DNA from: an uncultured Planctomycetota bacterium
GTDB lineage: Bacteria; Planctomycetota; Planctomycetia; Isosphaerales; Isosphaeraceae
DNA: 64,000 nucleotides
NCBI GenBank assembly: GCA_963823665.1
Contig: CAWGMQ010000005.1
Span: 192,001 to 256,000, forward strand
Direction: 5' to 3'
In this document: one piece after another, positions 1 through 9,595 of the stretch
How the letters are laid out: each line of letters begins with the position of its first letter
Position numbering within the stretch: position 1 is the first letter of the stretch
Program-made: the position numbers and the translations under genes
The notes under the pieces: generated by a model
Database searches by the model: none
What the model saw: the letters and a program-made list of their open reading frames with translations, nothing else
Told to the model about the DNA's origin: nothing

Positions 1-57
1 ATCGAAGCGCTTCGCGATTCAATTGATCGGAGCAATCAAATCGCGAAGCGATTCGAT
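1..57 (-). terminator. Inverted repeat / putative terminator hairpin just downstream of the fliG-like gene
   Basis: Perfect 12-bp arms CGCTTCGCGATT (8-19) / AATCGCGAAGCG (39-50), extended by ATCGAA (1-6) / TTCGAT (52-57); lies 14 nt past the minus-strand stop at 71. No clear U-tract visible at the window edge. Confidence 0.55.
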
Positions 58-70
58 TGATCGGACCCGT

Positions 71-700
71 TCAGACGACCACTTCCTCGCTTCCACTCGT
101 GTCCGGCAGGCTGATGCGTCCCCGGTCATACAGCCGGCGCAGCTTCTCCGCGATCTCATGCTGCGCCGCTTCCGAGTCCGACAGCCGGAATGGACCTAAT
201 CGTTCGAGTGCGTGCCGCAGCCGCTCGGATGAAGAAGCCGCCAGCGCCGAGAGCACCTTGGTCCGCACGGATGCGGCACCCCCCGCCAGCGCCAGCGCCC
301 AGGTGTCCGTGTCTTCTTCGTCGAGCGCCGCGCGAATGTCGGGTTCGCTCATTCGCATCAGGTCGTCGAACACGAAGCACAGCCGCCGCAGGCCTAGTCC
401 GTAGAACTCTTCGAGCACGGCCGCTCGTTCCGCCGGGTCGACGCGTTCGAGCCGGGCGATCTCCCATGTCACCGACTCCACCGCAGCGCGGTCGAGGTGC
501 GTCAAAAGCTGAGACGCCAGCGATTGGTCCAGGCTCACCAGCACGATCGCCGCCTTGCGCACCGGCGAAATCTCCGATGCATCCTCGCTATAGGCGTACG
601 GCGCGTTGCCAGCGGTCTCATCACCGTCGTCCTGAAGGAAACCGCCGCGCCCCGATTCGCGCAGCCGGCCCGGCTCGATGTCTTCGCGCGTCGCCGTCAT
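71..700 (-). CDS. fliG: FliG-like protein, 209 aa: FliG_N fused directly to FliG_C, no middle domain
   Basis: VRKAAIVLVSL...VLEEF matches FliG_N; FVFDDL...LGPFRLSDSEAAQ..I...LRRL...G.I matches FliG_C. ATG at 700 overlaps the upstream stop (ATGA), so the longer 940 start was rejected. Confidence 0.8.
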   Translation of the reverse strand: MTATREDIEPGRLRESGRGGFLQDDGDETAGNAPYAYSEDASEISPVRKAAIVLVSLDQSLASQLLTHLDRAAVESVTWEIARLERVDPAERAAVLEEFYGLGLRRLCFVFDDLMRMSEPDIRAALDEEDTDTWALALAGGAASVRTKVLSALAASSSERLRHALERLGPFRLSDSEAAQHEIAEKLRRLYDRGRISLPDTSGSEEVVV

Positions 701-2362
701 GACGAGCGGCCCCCCTGCCCGACCCAGCGCTGCAGCACGCTGGCCGCGGCTTCCGGATTGCGCTGAATCAGCTCGCGAACTCGCTCGGATGGGCTGGACT
801 GCCCGACCGAGCCCGCGTGGTACCGCCGCGACCGGTCCGAAACCTCGGGTAGCCGCGAGGGTCTGCGGGCCAGGTGAAACAGCGAGCCTGCAATGGCCAG
901 AATGGACACGCCCGCACCCACCGCCCCCACGATTCCCCATTCCATCAATCGCTGGCGCGTGTCGGTCGTATCGGGAATGACCGTGGGCCGGCTCAGCGCA
1001 ACTTCGTCCGCAAACGTGCCCACTTCGACCTTCCAGGAATCGGCATCGGGCAACAACAGCGAGATCGCGGTGAGGATGGATTTCTCGGTGCGATCGGCCA
1101 TCGCTCGCAGCTCCTCGAGCGAAGGCTTGCCCTGGTCGCCGCGGATTTCCATGTTGAGATAGAAGCTCCGCGGCACATTCACAACCACCCGCCCCCGCTC
1201 CTTCGAAGTCGAAGTATCCCCCCCTCGAGTGGGTGGCACCGGCTCTGCCAGTGTCCCACGATCACCCGCTACTCGGGGGCGTGCCACCGGCTTTCCTGGT
1301 GCCCCACGATCACCCGCTCCTCGGGGGGTTGCCACCGGCCCCGCCAGTGTCTCGCTCTCGAGCGAAAGCGGCCGATTGACGGCGATCAACGAGTGGGAGC
1401 CGCTCGGGTGTTCGTCAATCCCGCCGGCATGGCTCGGCCCAGGCTCGTGATGCGCCTCCCCCGCTCCGGCGCCCTTGGCGCTGGCAAAGCTTCCCGACCC
1501 GCCGGGTATCTTCGTGACAATCTCGCCCGCGTGCGGCGAGATCACCTGCACTTGCACGCGCACTCCCTTGATCCAGTCGAGCTTTTCGAGGATTTCCTCG
1601 GTGATTTCTTCCTCCCGGGCGCGATTCCGCGAGTGGTCACGAAGGGCGGGGTTGCCGGGATCGAGGTAACGCATGCCGCGATGGTCCATCAGCGTGATCG
1701 ACCCTGTTTCGAGCCCGGGAACCATACCGCCCAGGAGCGAGAGGATCGCCTGCACGCTCCGTGACGGAACCGCGCGGCCTCTCTCGGTCTCGACATACAC
1801 AAGCGCGGAGGCTTTAGGGCTGATGCGAGAGAATGGCTGCGCGCGGGGACGATTGATGGATACGAAGGACGAAAGCACGCCTTCCTGCTCTCCGATCAGC
1901 CGCTCCAGCATGCGTTCGAGCCTCACTTTTTCGTGATATTCACGCTCGATCTCTCCGTCAAAAAAGCTGTCCGAGCTCCGATCCTCGCGTATGTCCTTGA
2001 TCGAGCGCGGTCCGAGGTCGAGCTTCGCGACGCTCTCGGCCGCCTGCTCGAACTGCCCTGGCGCGACTTCGACGCGCCGTTGGTCGTCGATCCGGTACGC
2101 AACTCGCTGTTTCTCCAGCGCGCGAACGACCGTGATCAGCTCCTCGGAGGAAAACCTCTTGCCCATGTTGAGGTAGCGCACGCCAGAAGGAGACAGGTTG
2201 CCGGCACCCCAGTAGCTCGCCGCGCCGAGCACCAGCAAGACGGCCGAGGCCAGTCCCCACCTGACCGCACGCCGCTGGGCGGCGATTGGCTGCCACAGCC
2301 GCGCCACTCCCGCGCAGTCGTTCAAATGTCACCCTGGAACTCGGGCGATCGATGCTCGCCAT
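697..2362 (-). CDS. fliF: FliF/YscJ-family M-ring-like membrane protein (probable 1-nt frameshift near 2310)
   Basis: N-terminal TM; ring-building motifs (LERMLERLI..EGV.S.FV.I..P....F......ASALV.V, LLGGMVPGL....ITLMD..G); second TM (WGIVGAVGAGVSILAIAG); FliF-type C-terminus (VRELIQRNPEAAASVLQRW). A strong GAGGAGG RBS precedes ATG 2362, whose frame (MASIDRPSSRVTFERLRG) joins the 697..2325 ORF after a 1-nt shift. Confidence 0.75.
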
Positions 2363-2489
2363 CAACCCTCCTCACGACATGATCGAGCCGGTCGCCAGAG
2401 ACCGCGCCACCGGCGGGCAGTGAGTTATCCACTTTTCGCCCATCTTGTCAATCGCGGCAGCGCATACCCCCGCACCCCGTGGGGGCGCC

Positions 2490-2569
2490 GCCGCCGCAGG
2501 CGGCAGTGGGTCGCGCGAGCAGCCAGATGGCTGCGCAGCCCAGCGGCGTTCTCTTCGCCGCAGCCGCCG
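2490..2569. repeat. Dispersed ~80-bp GC-rich repeat, copy 1 (copy 2 at 3431-3509)
   Basis: GCCGCCGCA-GCGGC-GTGG...GATGGCTGCGC-GCCC...GTT...TCGCCGCAGCCGCCG is shared between the two sites. Confidence 0.65.
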
Positions 2570-2579
2570 ATTCTGCTGC

Positions 2580-2639
2580 TGCTCCTGCTCATAATCTTAA
2601 TCCTAATCCTAATCCTAATCCTGCTCCTAATCCTACTCC
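2580..2639. repeat. Degenerate hexamer microsatellite (CCTAAT/CCTGCT)n
   Basis: Directly visible: ...ataatcttaatcctaatcctaatcctaatcctgctcctaatcctactcc. Confidence 0.9.
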
Positions 2640-2669
2640 CGCCTCTCACCCCCCACCCCCAACAGCCAG

Positions 2670-2718
2670 TTCGTTTTGTACATTCGACGAGCGTCCTTAC
2701 CCCACAAGGACTACGGGA
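2670..2718. repeat. 49-bp direct repeat with an internal palindrome, copy 1 (copy 2 at 3075-3123)
   Basis: TTCGTTTTGTACATTCG-N6-GTCCTT-N3-CCACAAGGACTACGGGA at both sites (43/49 identical); GTCCTT..AAGGAC is an inverted repeat. Confidence 0.85.
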
Positions 2719-3074
2719 ACGAACCAGCATTCCTCCCCCTGTGCGGAAGGCGTCGCCGCAGGCGGTGGTGGGGGGCTCGCGCACTGACAACCGCGCACCC
2801 CAGCTTCCCCGCGCGCCGATTTTCCGTCTCGCCTCAAATCCGTGACCTCAGTGTAATCCGTGGTTCAAATTCTGATCTGACTCCGCCAATCAAAGACCCA
2901 ACATCCTCCGTCTCCCCGCCCCATCCTGATCTCTGTGACCGCTGAGATCTCCGTGGTTCACTGTTCGCCGCGGGTCTCGGGCACCCGAAGGGTCGCCGCC
3001 GCCATTGCGACCGAAGGTCTCCAACTACTCCGACTCCCATCTCCCATGTTCACCCGTCCACCCCGACGGACCAC

Positions 3075-3123
3075 TTCGTTTTGTACATTCGCCCCGGGTC
3101 CTTGCGCCACAAGGACTACGGGA
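3075..3123. repeat. 49-bp direct repeat, copy 2
   Basis: See 2670-2718. Confidence 0.85.
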
Positions 3124-3430
3124 TCGCCATCACCCGGTCCACATCGCGAGCCACGGGCCAAATCGACGCCCAAACCTTGCCAGCAACCGCCCGGCATTGA
3201 CCCAAAATCACCACGGCGCGCTCCACCCCCCGAGTCCGAACCGTTCGTCCTCCGCAAGTGCACACGCGAAAACGGCTTCGGTCTCCCCCTCCGCTTCTTG
3301 CCCCCTGGCTCAAAATGATAACGTTTGATAGCACCACAAAGGTTCTCGTCTGATCCCCCGCTCACCGTTCTCAGCGCGGGCGCAGACCGCTGTATCCCTC
3401 CCCCCAAAGCCCCCCCACCGTAGGCGAAGT

Positions 3431-3509
3431 GCCGCCGCACGCGGCGGTGGCGGGGCGTGCAGGCCGATGGCTGCGCGGCCCGACAGTGTTCCCGTCGCCG
3501 CAGCCGCCG
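3431..3509. repeat. Dispersed ~80-bp GC-rich repeat, copy 2
   Basis: See 2490-2569. Confidence 0.65.
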
Positions 3510-3563
3510 CTAGAAGGCATCTGGAATGACGATTGGAAAAAGACATCTCGCGATGTGGTAATG

Positions 3564-3598
3564 GATGAGATGAGATGAGATGAGATGAGATGAGATGA
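3564..3598. repeat. Perfect pentamer microsatellite (GATGA)7
   Basis: Seven exact GATGA units followed by one degenerate unit. Confidence 0.95.
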
Positions 3599-3913
3599 AG
3601 TGAGATTCGACCCACGGACCAACCAGCACGGTTGCCCAAGTGACGGTCGGGCTCACCCCCACCGGCCGCACACGCACTTTCCCCTATTAATATATGCGCC
3701 CACTTTCGGTCGTTGGCCATCTCTCAATCACACGTGTAAATCTTTGCGTAACGCACAACTTCAATCGCAATAGGCAATTAACCGCTGCGTTCAGGCGGAG
3801 AATTCCCATTCTGATGTGCCCGTTCAATACGTTTTGAAACGGCATACCTCCGACCCGTTTGCGCCGAAGATGTGGAATTCGTCCATTTCGAGTCGGATTC
3901 CTCCACCACGCAT

Positions 3914-4648
3914 TCAGACCAACTTCCTGAGCAAGACTTCCTCAAAAAAGTCCTTCGCGACATCGATCGGTTTCACATCAGAATCGATAACCATCCCGGA
4001 TGTCGGCCGGTCCCAGCGCCTTTGGATGATTCGTTTATCAACAACGAGCAACTCTCGTATCGAGATCGGCGTGTTCGGCAAGTCGTCGAGCCTGACGGCC
4101 GAATCGCCATTGGGGTGCTGCTCACTGACCATGATGTGCACCCACGGTCCGTCGGCGCCAATTGTCTCATCGAGTGGTGACCAGAAGTGCTTCCCGAAAA
4201 AAAAGATGTACCAAACGATCTTGTCGTTTTTACGGAACCACACCCTGAAAAACCAAGTTCTCTTTGCCCCGCCTCCCGCAAGCAGGGTTTCCCAGGTCGG
4301 CTGATCAATCACCTGATATGGGTGAACTTGCACCTCGACCGACGCGTTCGCTTTTCGCAATGCGGCGTCCCCAAGATTCAATGCCTCCTGGGCCTCGCGT
4401 TTTCGGCGATTGTCGTAGATCGTCCTTGTCTGCAGAATGAATCGGGTCTCGCGAATCGTGAGCGTGTTTCCTTCGATGGCATTGCTGCTGAAAACTCGCT
4501 CACTTAATAAGCTGTCCTTGAGTTGCCGCAGAACGTCTTCGCTCAGAGGACGAATGTCGTTGATCTGGCGGGCCAGATCGGCAACGTCGTCCAGCATGGC
4601 GTGCGTGACTTCATCCAGTTGAAGATCCGCCCGTCCAATGAGTTCCAT
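3914..4648 (-). CDS. Fic-family protein lacking the catalytic Fido core (in-frame internal deletion or chimera)
   Basis: Fic N-terminal signature (RPLS..VL.QL.......VFSSNAIEGNTLT.RET..IL; E..EALNL) is present; there is no HPFxxGNGR motif anywhere in the ORF. Confidence 0.7.
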   Translation of the reverse strand: MELIGRADLQLDEVTHAMLDDVADLARQINDIRPLSEDVLRQLKDSLLSERVFSSNAIEGNTLTIRETRFILQTRTIYDNRRKREAQEALNLGDAALRKANASVEVQVHPYQVIDQPTWETLLAGGGAKRTWFFRVWFRKNDKIVWYIFFFGKHFWSPLDETIGADGPWVHIMVSEQHPNGDSAVRLDDLPNTPISIRELLVVDKRIIQRRWDRPTSGMVIDSDVKPIDVAKDFFEEVLLRKLV

Positions 4649-5249
4649 GGCTTGTCTCGTAGGAGAGCTCGTCGCCCGGATCGTTGTAATCGGGTCAACC
4701 TCGACTGCGCGTGATACACAGCGTCTAAACAACTTCGCAGGTTTGCGACACCAGCCACCGACCGGCTCAGAACCCGATTCTAGCATTCGCACGGCGTACG
4801 TTCCCTATTGGATTGGTAATCCCGCGCCGGAACCTGCGAGGGGCGACAGAGCCTGCCGAGGCTCGATTTACCCAGCTTCCGGGCACCAAGGAACGGCGAA
4901 TCCGAAGGGAGGGAGCTTCATTTCCCGGCTCTCCGACACAGACGGAAGCCGGAACGTTGATGACTTGATTTCGGCTTCTCGGGGAAGCACAATCGCCTGG
5001 AATTCCGGCAGGTTCTTCGCGAAAGCTAACGGCTTCTCTTGAAGCGAATGCGCTCGGGGAGTCGCCCATGATTGACTCTGAGCGATTCAAACCTCTCGAC
5101 GGCCCATATCAAGTGCCAAGGTGCAAGCTCGGAGATAAGCTTCTCATGCGCCGAACGCTCGACTGACCAGGAGCATCCGCGGCGATGTCGACTATTTCGA
5201 GAGAGCTGCCGCTCGAAGTCGAGCGTGTGTTGGAGGTCAAGCCGCGATG

Positions 5250-6270
5250 GCAAGACGGTGCGGCTCAACAGCCACTATCGCGACGTCGACGGGCTTTTCG
5301 AAGTCATCCAGGCGGCGGTGTTTGAGCGGCTCTTGCCCAAGGCCCGCGAGGCGCTCGAGGCCGGCCGGTCGGATTTGGCCCCGTGCGGCTGACGGCCCAG
5401 GGGTTTGACGACGGCGGGCTCCAGCTCCTTCCGTGGGTAGATTACGCAGGTTTCACCGTCGATAAAGCGTTCTTGACCATACGGAAGCGCGGCCAGAAGT
5501 CCGATTGGTTCTCACGCGCCCTGCGCGACATCCCGAACGCGCGTGTGCTCATCGCACTCTTGCAAGCCGGGCCCAACAGCCTGGGAGTCCATGCTGCCCG
5601 ACCGCCTTTGCCGGCGGCCGCGCCCAAGGTGATGACGGCAAAAAAGCAAGACGCGGCGCGATTCTATCTCGGGGCCTTTGCGTTCCTGGGGCTGCTCCTG
5701 GGTCCGGGTTGCGTTTACTTGACCTGGCAACAATTCCTGCTGCATCGCCGGGGCACGGCGACGCCCAAGGAGATCCGCCTGGAAGACCTCGCGCGCGGCG
5801 GGCCGCCAGCAAATGTCCATGTCCGGGTAACCGATTTCTCGCCTGGTCCCAGGTTCGTGATCGACAACCGGCACGAGCACGGTCAGAACATCTTCATCCC
5901 GCTCTTTCCCCGCGGCGCCGAGCCCCGCGGCGGACTTCTCAAGGTCGTGCTCAAATCCAGCAAAGTCAGGAACGAAGAGGGCGTGCAATCCCTCCGCGCG
6001 CACAACTCGATCACCGGCGTGATCGTCAACGACATCGATAACATCGGCCTGCAGCAGAAGGCCAAATTATCCAATCTGTACCCGTTCGCCAACATTGACT
6101 CAGCGCTGCTGCTGGCGCACGACTACCGCTTTCCAAACACAACACTCCTCGCCCTGTACGCCGCCGGCTCGGCCGCACTCGTACTAGTTGGCCTCGCCTC
6201 GGCATTGGGAAGCGTCATGTTGGCGCTCAAGCCCAAGCCGCGACAATTCCCGTTCCTGCGTAGAAGCTGA
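5250..6270 (+). pseudogene. Membrane protein, 5'-truncated and frameshifted near 5370 (N-terminal part resembles DUF6585-type domains)
   Basis: AREALEAGRS / GFGPVRLTAQG..LLPW continues across a frame change at ~5370; two TM segments; no credible start for the upstream part. Confidence 0.5.
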
Positions 6271-6817
6271 AAAGATCCGTCGACATCGCACGCCAGCGAT
6301 ATCGGCAGAGCTGCCCGGCGGACCACCCCGGGCGCGACTCGTGTTGTTAACGAAGGAATGGAATGACGCCTTGTTCCGCGAGAGGATGGACATCGACGAG
6401 GTGGTACGGGCCGCGCCTCCGCTCGCGCAAACATCGCGCGCTCCATCTGTGTCGTCTGAAATTGATATGCGACGAGTATTCTCATTTGGCAAAACCAACG
6501 TCCAAAAAAGTGCAATCACTCAATCGACACCGCTGCAACGTCACGAGTTGTGTTCGTGCGTAATTTCTTTGTTAGTTGCTCCGCGTCTGCCAGTGAGTTA
6601 GGTGCTCCTCAGGTTACTCCTAGGAGAGACCCCTGATCGGCAACTTCCGATTGCGCTACCTTGGCGATCCCCGGCGCACTCGCCAGTGCATGCATTAGTT
6701 CAAAGACGGCCCGCTAGTTCCCAGTGCATGCGCCGAACCAACACGCGAGCGCGTGTCGGCAGGCGTTCCACGGAATCCGGCTTTCAGGTAAAATGCCCAT
6801 CATCAAGGAGGGTCGCC

Positions 6818-7309
6818 ATGCCCGAGACGTTCGCCCTATCCGAATCGGCCGTCGCCGTGCTCCGGTTCCGCGTCAAAGGCCACCAGATAACGGTTACGGA
6901 CCGCTCGATAGAGGCGTTCCGCGAGCTGGCCGCCGCCGGAATCATGGAGCCGGTGCCTGCCGCGGATGGCAACCCCGAAGCCGATTACCGCTTCACGGAC
7001 GACGGTTGGGCCCGGCGGCAGGAACTGCTCAGCGAGGCGGAGGAACAGATCGAGCGGGAGCGGTTCGAGCCGCCCGACGCGAGCAATCTCCCGGAGGCGG
7101 CCAGGGAGCTGCTGCGCCGCCGGCTGGCTGGTGATCGAGAGGTGACGGAGGCCAATCGGCCACTCTATCGCGAGCTGGTGGCGGCGCGGATCATGTATCC
7201 GGTCTCGACTTGGGTCGGCGGCCCGGAGTCAGTTTTCCGTTTCACCCGCGCGGGGTGGGAGCGTCGGGAGGAATGGATCAAAGTCTGCGCTGACGCTCTC
7301 CATCCCTGA
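6818..7309 (+). CDS. Hypothetical protein, 163 aa, two tandem ~70-80-aa winged-helix-like repeats (copy 1)
   Basis: AAGGAGG RBS + ATG 6818; internal repeat L..A..LLR.R..G...VT.....FRELAAAGIM.PV.......E..YRFT..GW.RR.E; paralog at 8832. Confidence 0.8.
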   Translation: MPETFALSESAVAVLRFRVKGHQITVTDRSIEAFRELAAAGIMEPVPAADGNPEADYRFTDDGWARRQELLSEAEEQIERERFEPPDASNLPEAARELLRRRLAGDREVTEANRPLYRELVAARIMYPVSTWVGGPESVFRFTRAGWERREEWIKVCADALHP

Positions 7310-7811
7310 TTTTCCAGGCCAGTTCGCGCGCCTCATGCCGGACGGGTAACTCCGTGTCCGGAGCATGTTCGTAGGCGTATTCGTGGCTGCCGCCGCCTTT
7401 GGATTCCTCATATTCGTGCGCGATGCCAGAATCGATCCTGTCCCTCAAGCGAGCCTTTGTGTAGGCGTCTGATGCTTCCGGCCCGAGGCGTTTGAACAGA
7501 TCAGGGTTTAGTATCCCGCTGTCGAGATTGAGTCTCCCGTCTGGCGTGTTGCCGCCACCATTGGCCTCGTGAGGAATGAAGGCGGCGTGCCGGATACCGT
7601 GTTCTGGATCGCCCACTCCGATTTTCAGTGGGTCGATGCCGAGCTCCATCATCCGGCTCTCGACAAGGTAATTCAGAGGCTTGGCATACCGCTGGGCGAA
7701 ATCCCTGGCGTGCGCCGCCGGATCGTGCCACATCGGCCGCTGGGACGGTGGCGTGCCGATCATGCCGGGCTTGCGGCGGAACAACTCAGCGATGCGGCGG
7801 AACGGGTTCAT
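7278..7811 (-). CDS. Hypothetical protein, 177 aa, with HExxE-x7-H putative metal-binding motif
   Basis: Protein-like composition; IAHEYEESKGGGSHEYA; its 3' end overlaps the convergent gene by 32 nt; the 3' half is conserved in a second copy at 9292-9513. Confidence 0.7.
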   Translation of the reverse strand: MNPFRRIAELFRRKPGMIGTPPSQRPMWHDPAAHARDFAQRYAKPLNYLVESRMMELGIDPLKIGVGDPEHGIRHAAFIPHEANGGGNTPDGRLNLDSGILNPDLFKRLGPEASDAYTKARLRDRIDSGIAHEYEESKGGGSHEYAYEHAPDTELPVRHEARELAWKIRDGERQRRL

Positions 7812-7932
7812 GCCGCCAGCCTATCGCATCAGAGATCGTCGCGCAACCAGGCAGACGTGCGGGGCACTCACGCTACTCCAGTGCGTCTTGGCCGACGGGC
7901 CCCTGGGTAGAAGACTTTGAATTTGACCTGGC

Positions 7933-8319
7933 CAGAACGTCTTCATCCCGCTCTTTCCCCGCGGCGCCGAGCCGCGCGGAGGACATCTCAAGGTCGTGCT
8001 CAAATCCAGCAAAGTGAGGAACGAAGAAGGCGTGCGATCCCTCCGCGCCCAGAACTCGATCACTGGCGTGATCGTCAACGACATCGAAACCATCGGCTTC
8101 CAGCAGAAGGCCGAATTATCAAGTCTATACCCGTTCGCCGACATTGACTCGGCGCTGCTGCTGGCGCACGACTACCGCTTTCCAAACACATCATTGCTCG
8201 CCCTGTACGCCGCCGGCTCGGCCGCACTCGTGCTAGTCGGCCTCGCCTCGGCAGTGGGAAGCTTCATGTTGGCACTCAAGCCCAAGCCGCGACAATTCCC
8301 GTTCTTGAGTAGAAGCTGA
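7933..8319 (+). pseudogene. Second, 5'-truncated copy of the membrane-protein C-terminus (homologous to 5884-6270)
   Basis: Near-identical DNA from CAGAAC-TCTTCATCCCGCTCTTTCCCC to the stop AGAAGCTGA. Confidence 0.8.
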
Positions 8320-8455
8320 GAAGAACCGTCGAGATCGCACGCCAGCGATTTTGGCAGTGCGGTCCAGGAACCTTGTTCCCCGATCGGATGGACATCGAGG
8401 CGGTGGTCCGCTCCGCGCCTGGCATGTCGAAAGATTACCGAATGAGCAGCGGAAA

Positions 8456-8606
8456 ATTTCCCGCCGCGCAAGTTGCGCCAAGTCTCCACTCTTGAGAAGG
8501 GGGGGTCGGGGCCGGCTGCCGAAAAGTTGCAGTACAGCAAGCGCAGATTTCCCGCCGGCAATGTTGCGCCAAGCTTCCCCCCTTAACAAGGGGGGGCCAG
8601 GGGGGG
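8456..8606. repeat. Two ~55-bp direct repeats (91-bp period), each ending in a CCCCCCTT-N3-AAGGGGGG REP-like hairpin
   Basis: ATTTCCCGCCG-GCAA-GTTGCGCCAAG at 8456 and 8547, followed by a degenerate hairpin (first copy) and a perfect hairpin at 8577-8595. Confidence 0.7.
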
Positions 8607-8831
8607 TCCGTCCCGGCGATCGCCATCACAAAACCGTCGCGCAACACAAAACGCCGAGTTGTCCACCTCGAAATTCGCCAATACGGCCCGCTTTTCATCA
8701 GCCCAGGGCCAGGGGGGTGCATTCCGGCGGCCGTCCAAGAAGAGTCGCTCGACCGCACCACACCGCGGGTCGGCAGACGTTCCACGGAATCCGGCTTTCA
8801 GGTAAAATGCCCATCATCAAGGAGGGTCGCC

Positions 8832-9323
8832 ATGCCCGAGACGTTCGCCCTGTCCGAATCGGCCGTCGCCGTGCTCCGGTTTCGCGTCAAAGGCTACCAG
8901 ATGACGGTTACCGACCGCTCGCTAGCGGCGTTCCGGGAGTTGGCCGCGGCCGGAATCATGGAGCCGGTACCGGGCGCGAATGGCAACCCCGAAGCCGATT
9001 ACCGCTTCACGGAGAACGGTTGGGCCCGGCGGCAGGAACTGCTCAGCGAGGCGGAAGAAGAGTTCGAGCGGGAGCGGTTCGAGCCGCCCGACGCGAGCAA
9101 TCTCTCGGAGGCGGCCAGGGAGCTGCTGCGCCGCCGGCTGGCTGGTGATCGAGAGGTGACGGAGGCCAATCGGCCACTCTATCGCGAGCTGGTGGCGGCG
9201 CGGATCATGTATCCGGTCTCGACTTGGGTCGGCGGCCCGGAGTCGGTGTTCCGATTCACCCGCGCGGGCTGGGAGCATCGGAAGGAATGGGTCAAAGTCT
9301 GCGCCGACGCTCTCCATCCGTGA
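8832..9323 (+). CDS. Hypothetical tandem winged-helix-like protein, copy 2 (163 aa)
   Basis: Same length, RBS and upstream region as 6818..7309; highly similar protein. Confidence 0.8.
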   Translation: MPETFALSESAVAVLRFRVKGYQMTVTDRSLAAFRELAAAGIMEPVPGANGNPEADYRFTENGWARRQELLSEAEEEFERERFEPPDASNLSEAARELLRRRLAGDREVTEANRPLYRELVAARIMYPVSTWVGGPESVFRFTRAGWEHRKEWVKVCADALHP

Positions 9324-9513
9324 TCTTCCAGGCCAGTTCGCGCGCCTCACGTCGGATGGGTAACTCCGTGTCCGGAGCATGTTCGTAGGCGTATTCGTGG
9401 CTGCCGCCGCCTTTGGCTTCCTCATATTCGTGCGCGATGCCAGAATCGATCCTATCCCGCAAGCGAGCGTTTGTGTAGGCGTCGGATGCTTCCCGGCCGA
9501 GTCGTTTGAACAG
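9292..9513 (-). pseudogene. 5'-truncated copy of the HExxE protein
   Basis: Encodes LFKRLGREASDAYTNARLRDRIDSGIAHEYEEAKGGGSHEYA...; homology to copy 1 stops abruptly at ~9513. Confidence 0.75.
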
Positions 9514-9595
9514 AAGATTGGAAGAACCTCGGAAGGGCTGCGTTTGAAGTTAGGCCCCACGGCCTCTGTGAACGTGATTCTATCGAAACGAGGCG

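Noticed and set aside
701..940. Longer N-terminus for the FliG-like ORF
   Set aside because: Overlaps the fliF-like gene; the ATGA coupling at 697-700 gives the better start.
2670..3123. Mini-CRISPR from the two 49-bp repeats
   Set aside because: Only two copies, 405 bp apart, and no cas genes.
2420..3720. Short ORFs in the intergenic region (LILILI, NPNPNP, HLISS peptides)
   Set aside because: They are translations of microsatellites and GC-rich repeats, with no RBS or family signal.
4767..5268. Possible gene remnants on the minus strand
   Set aside because: Some protein-like stretches but no motif I can assign.
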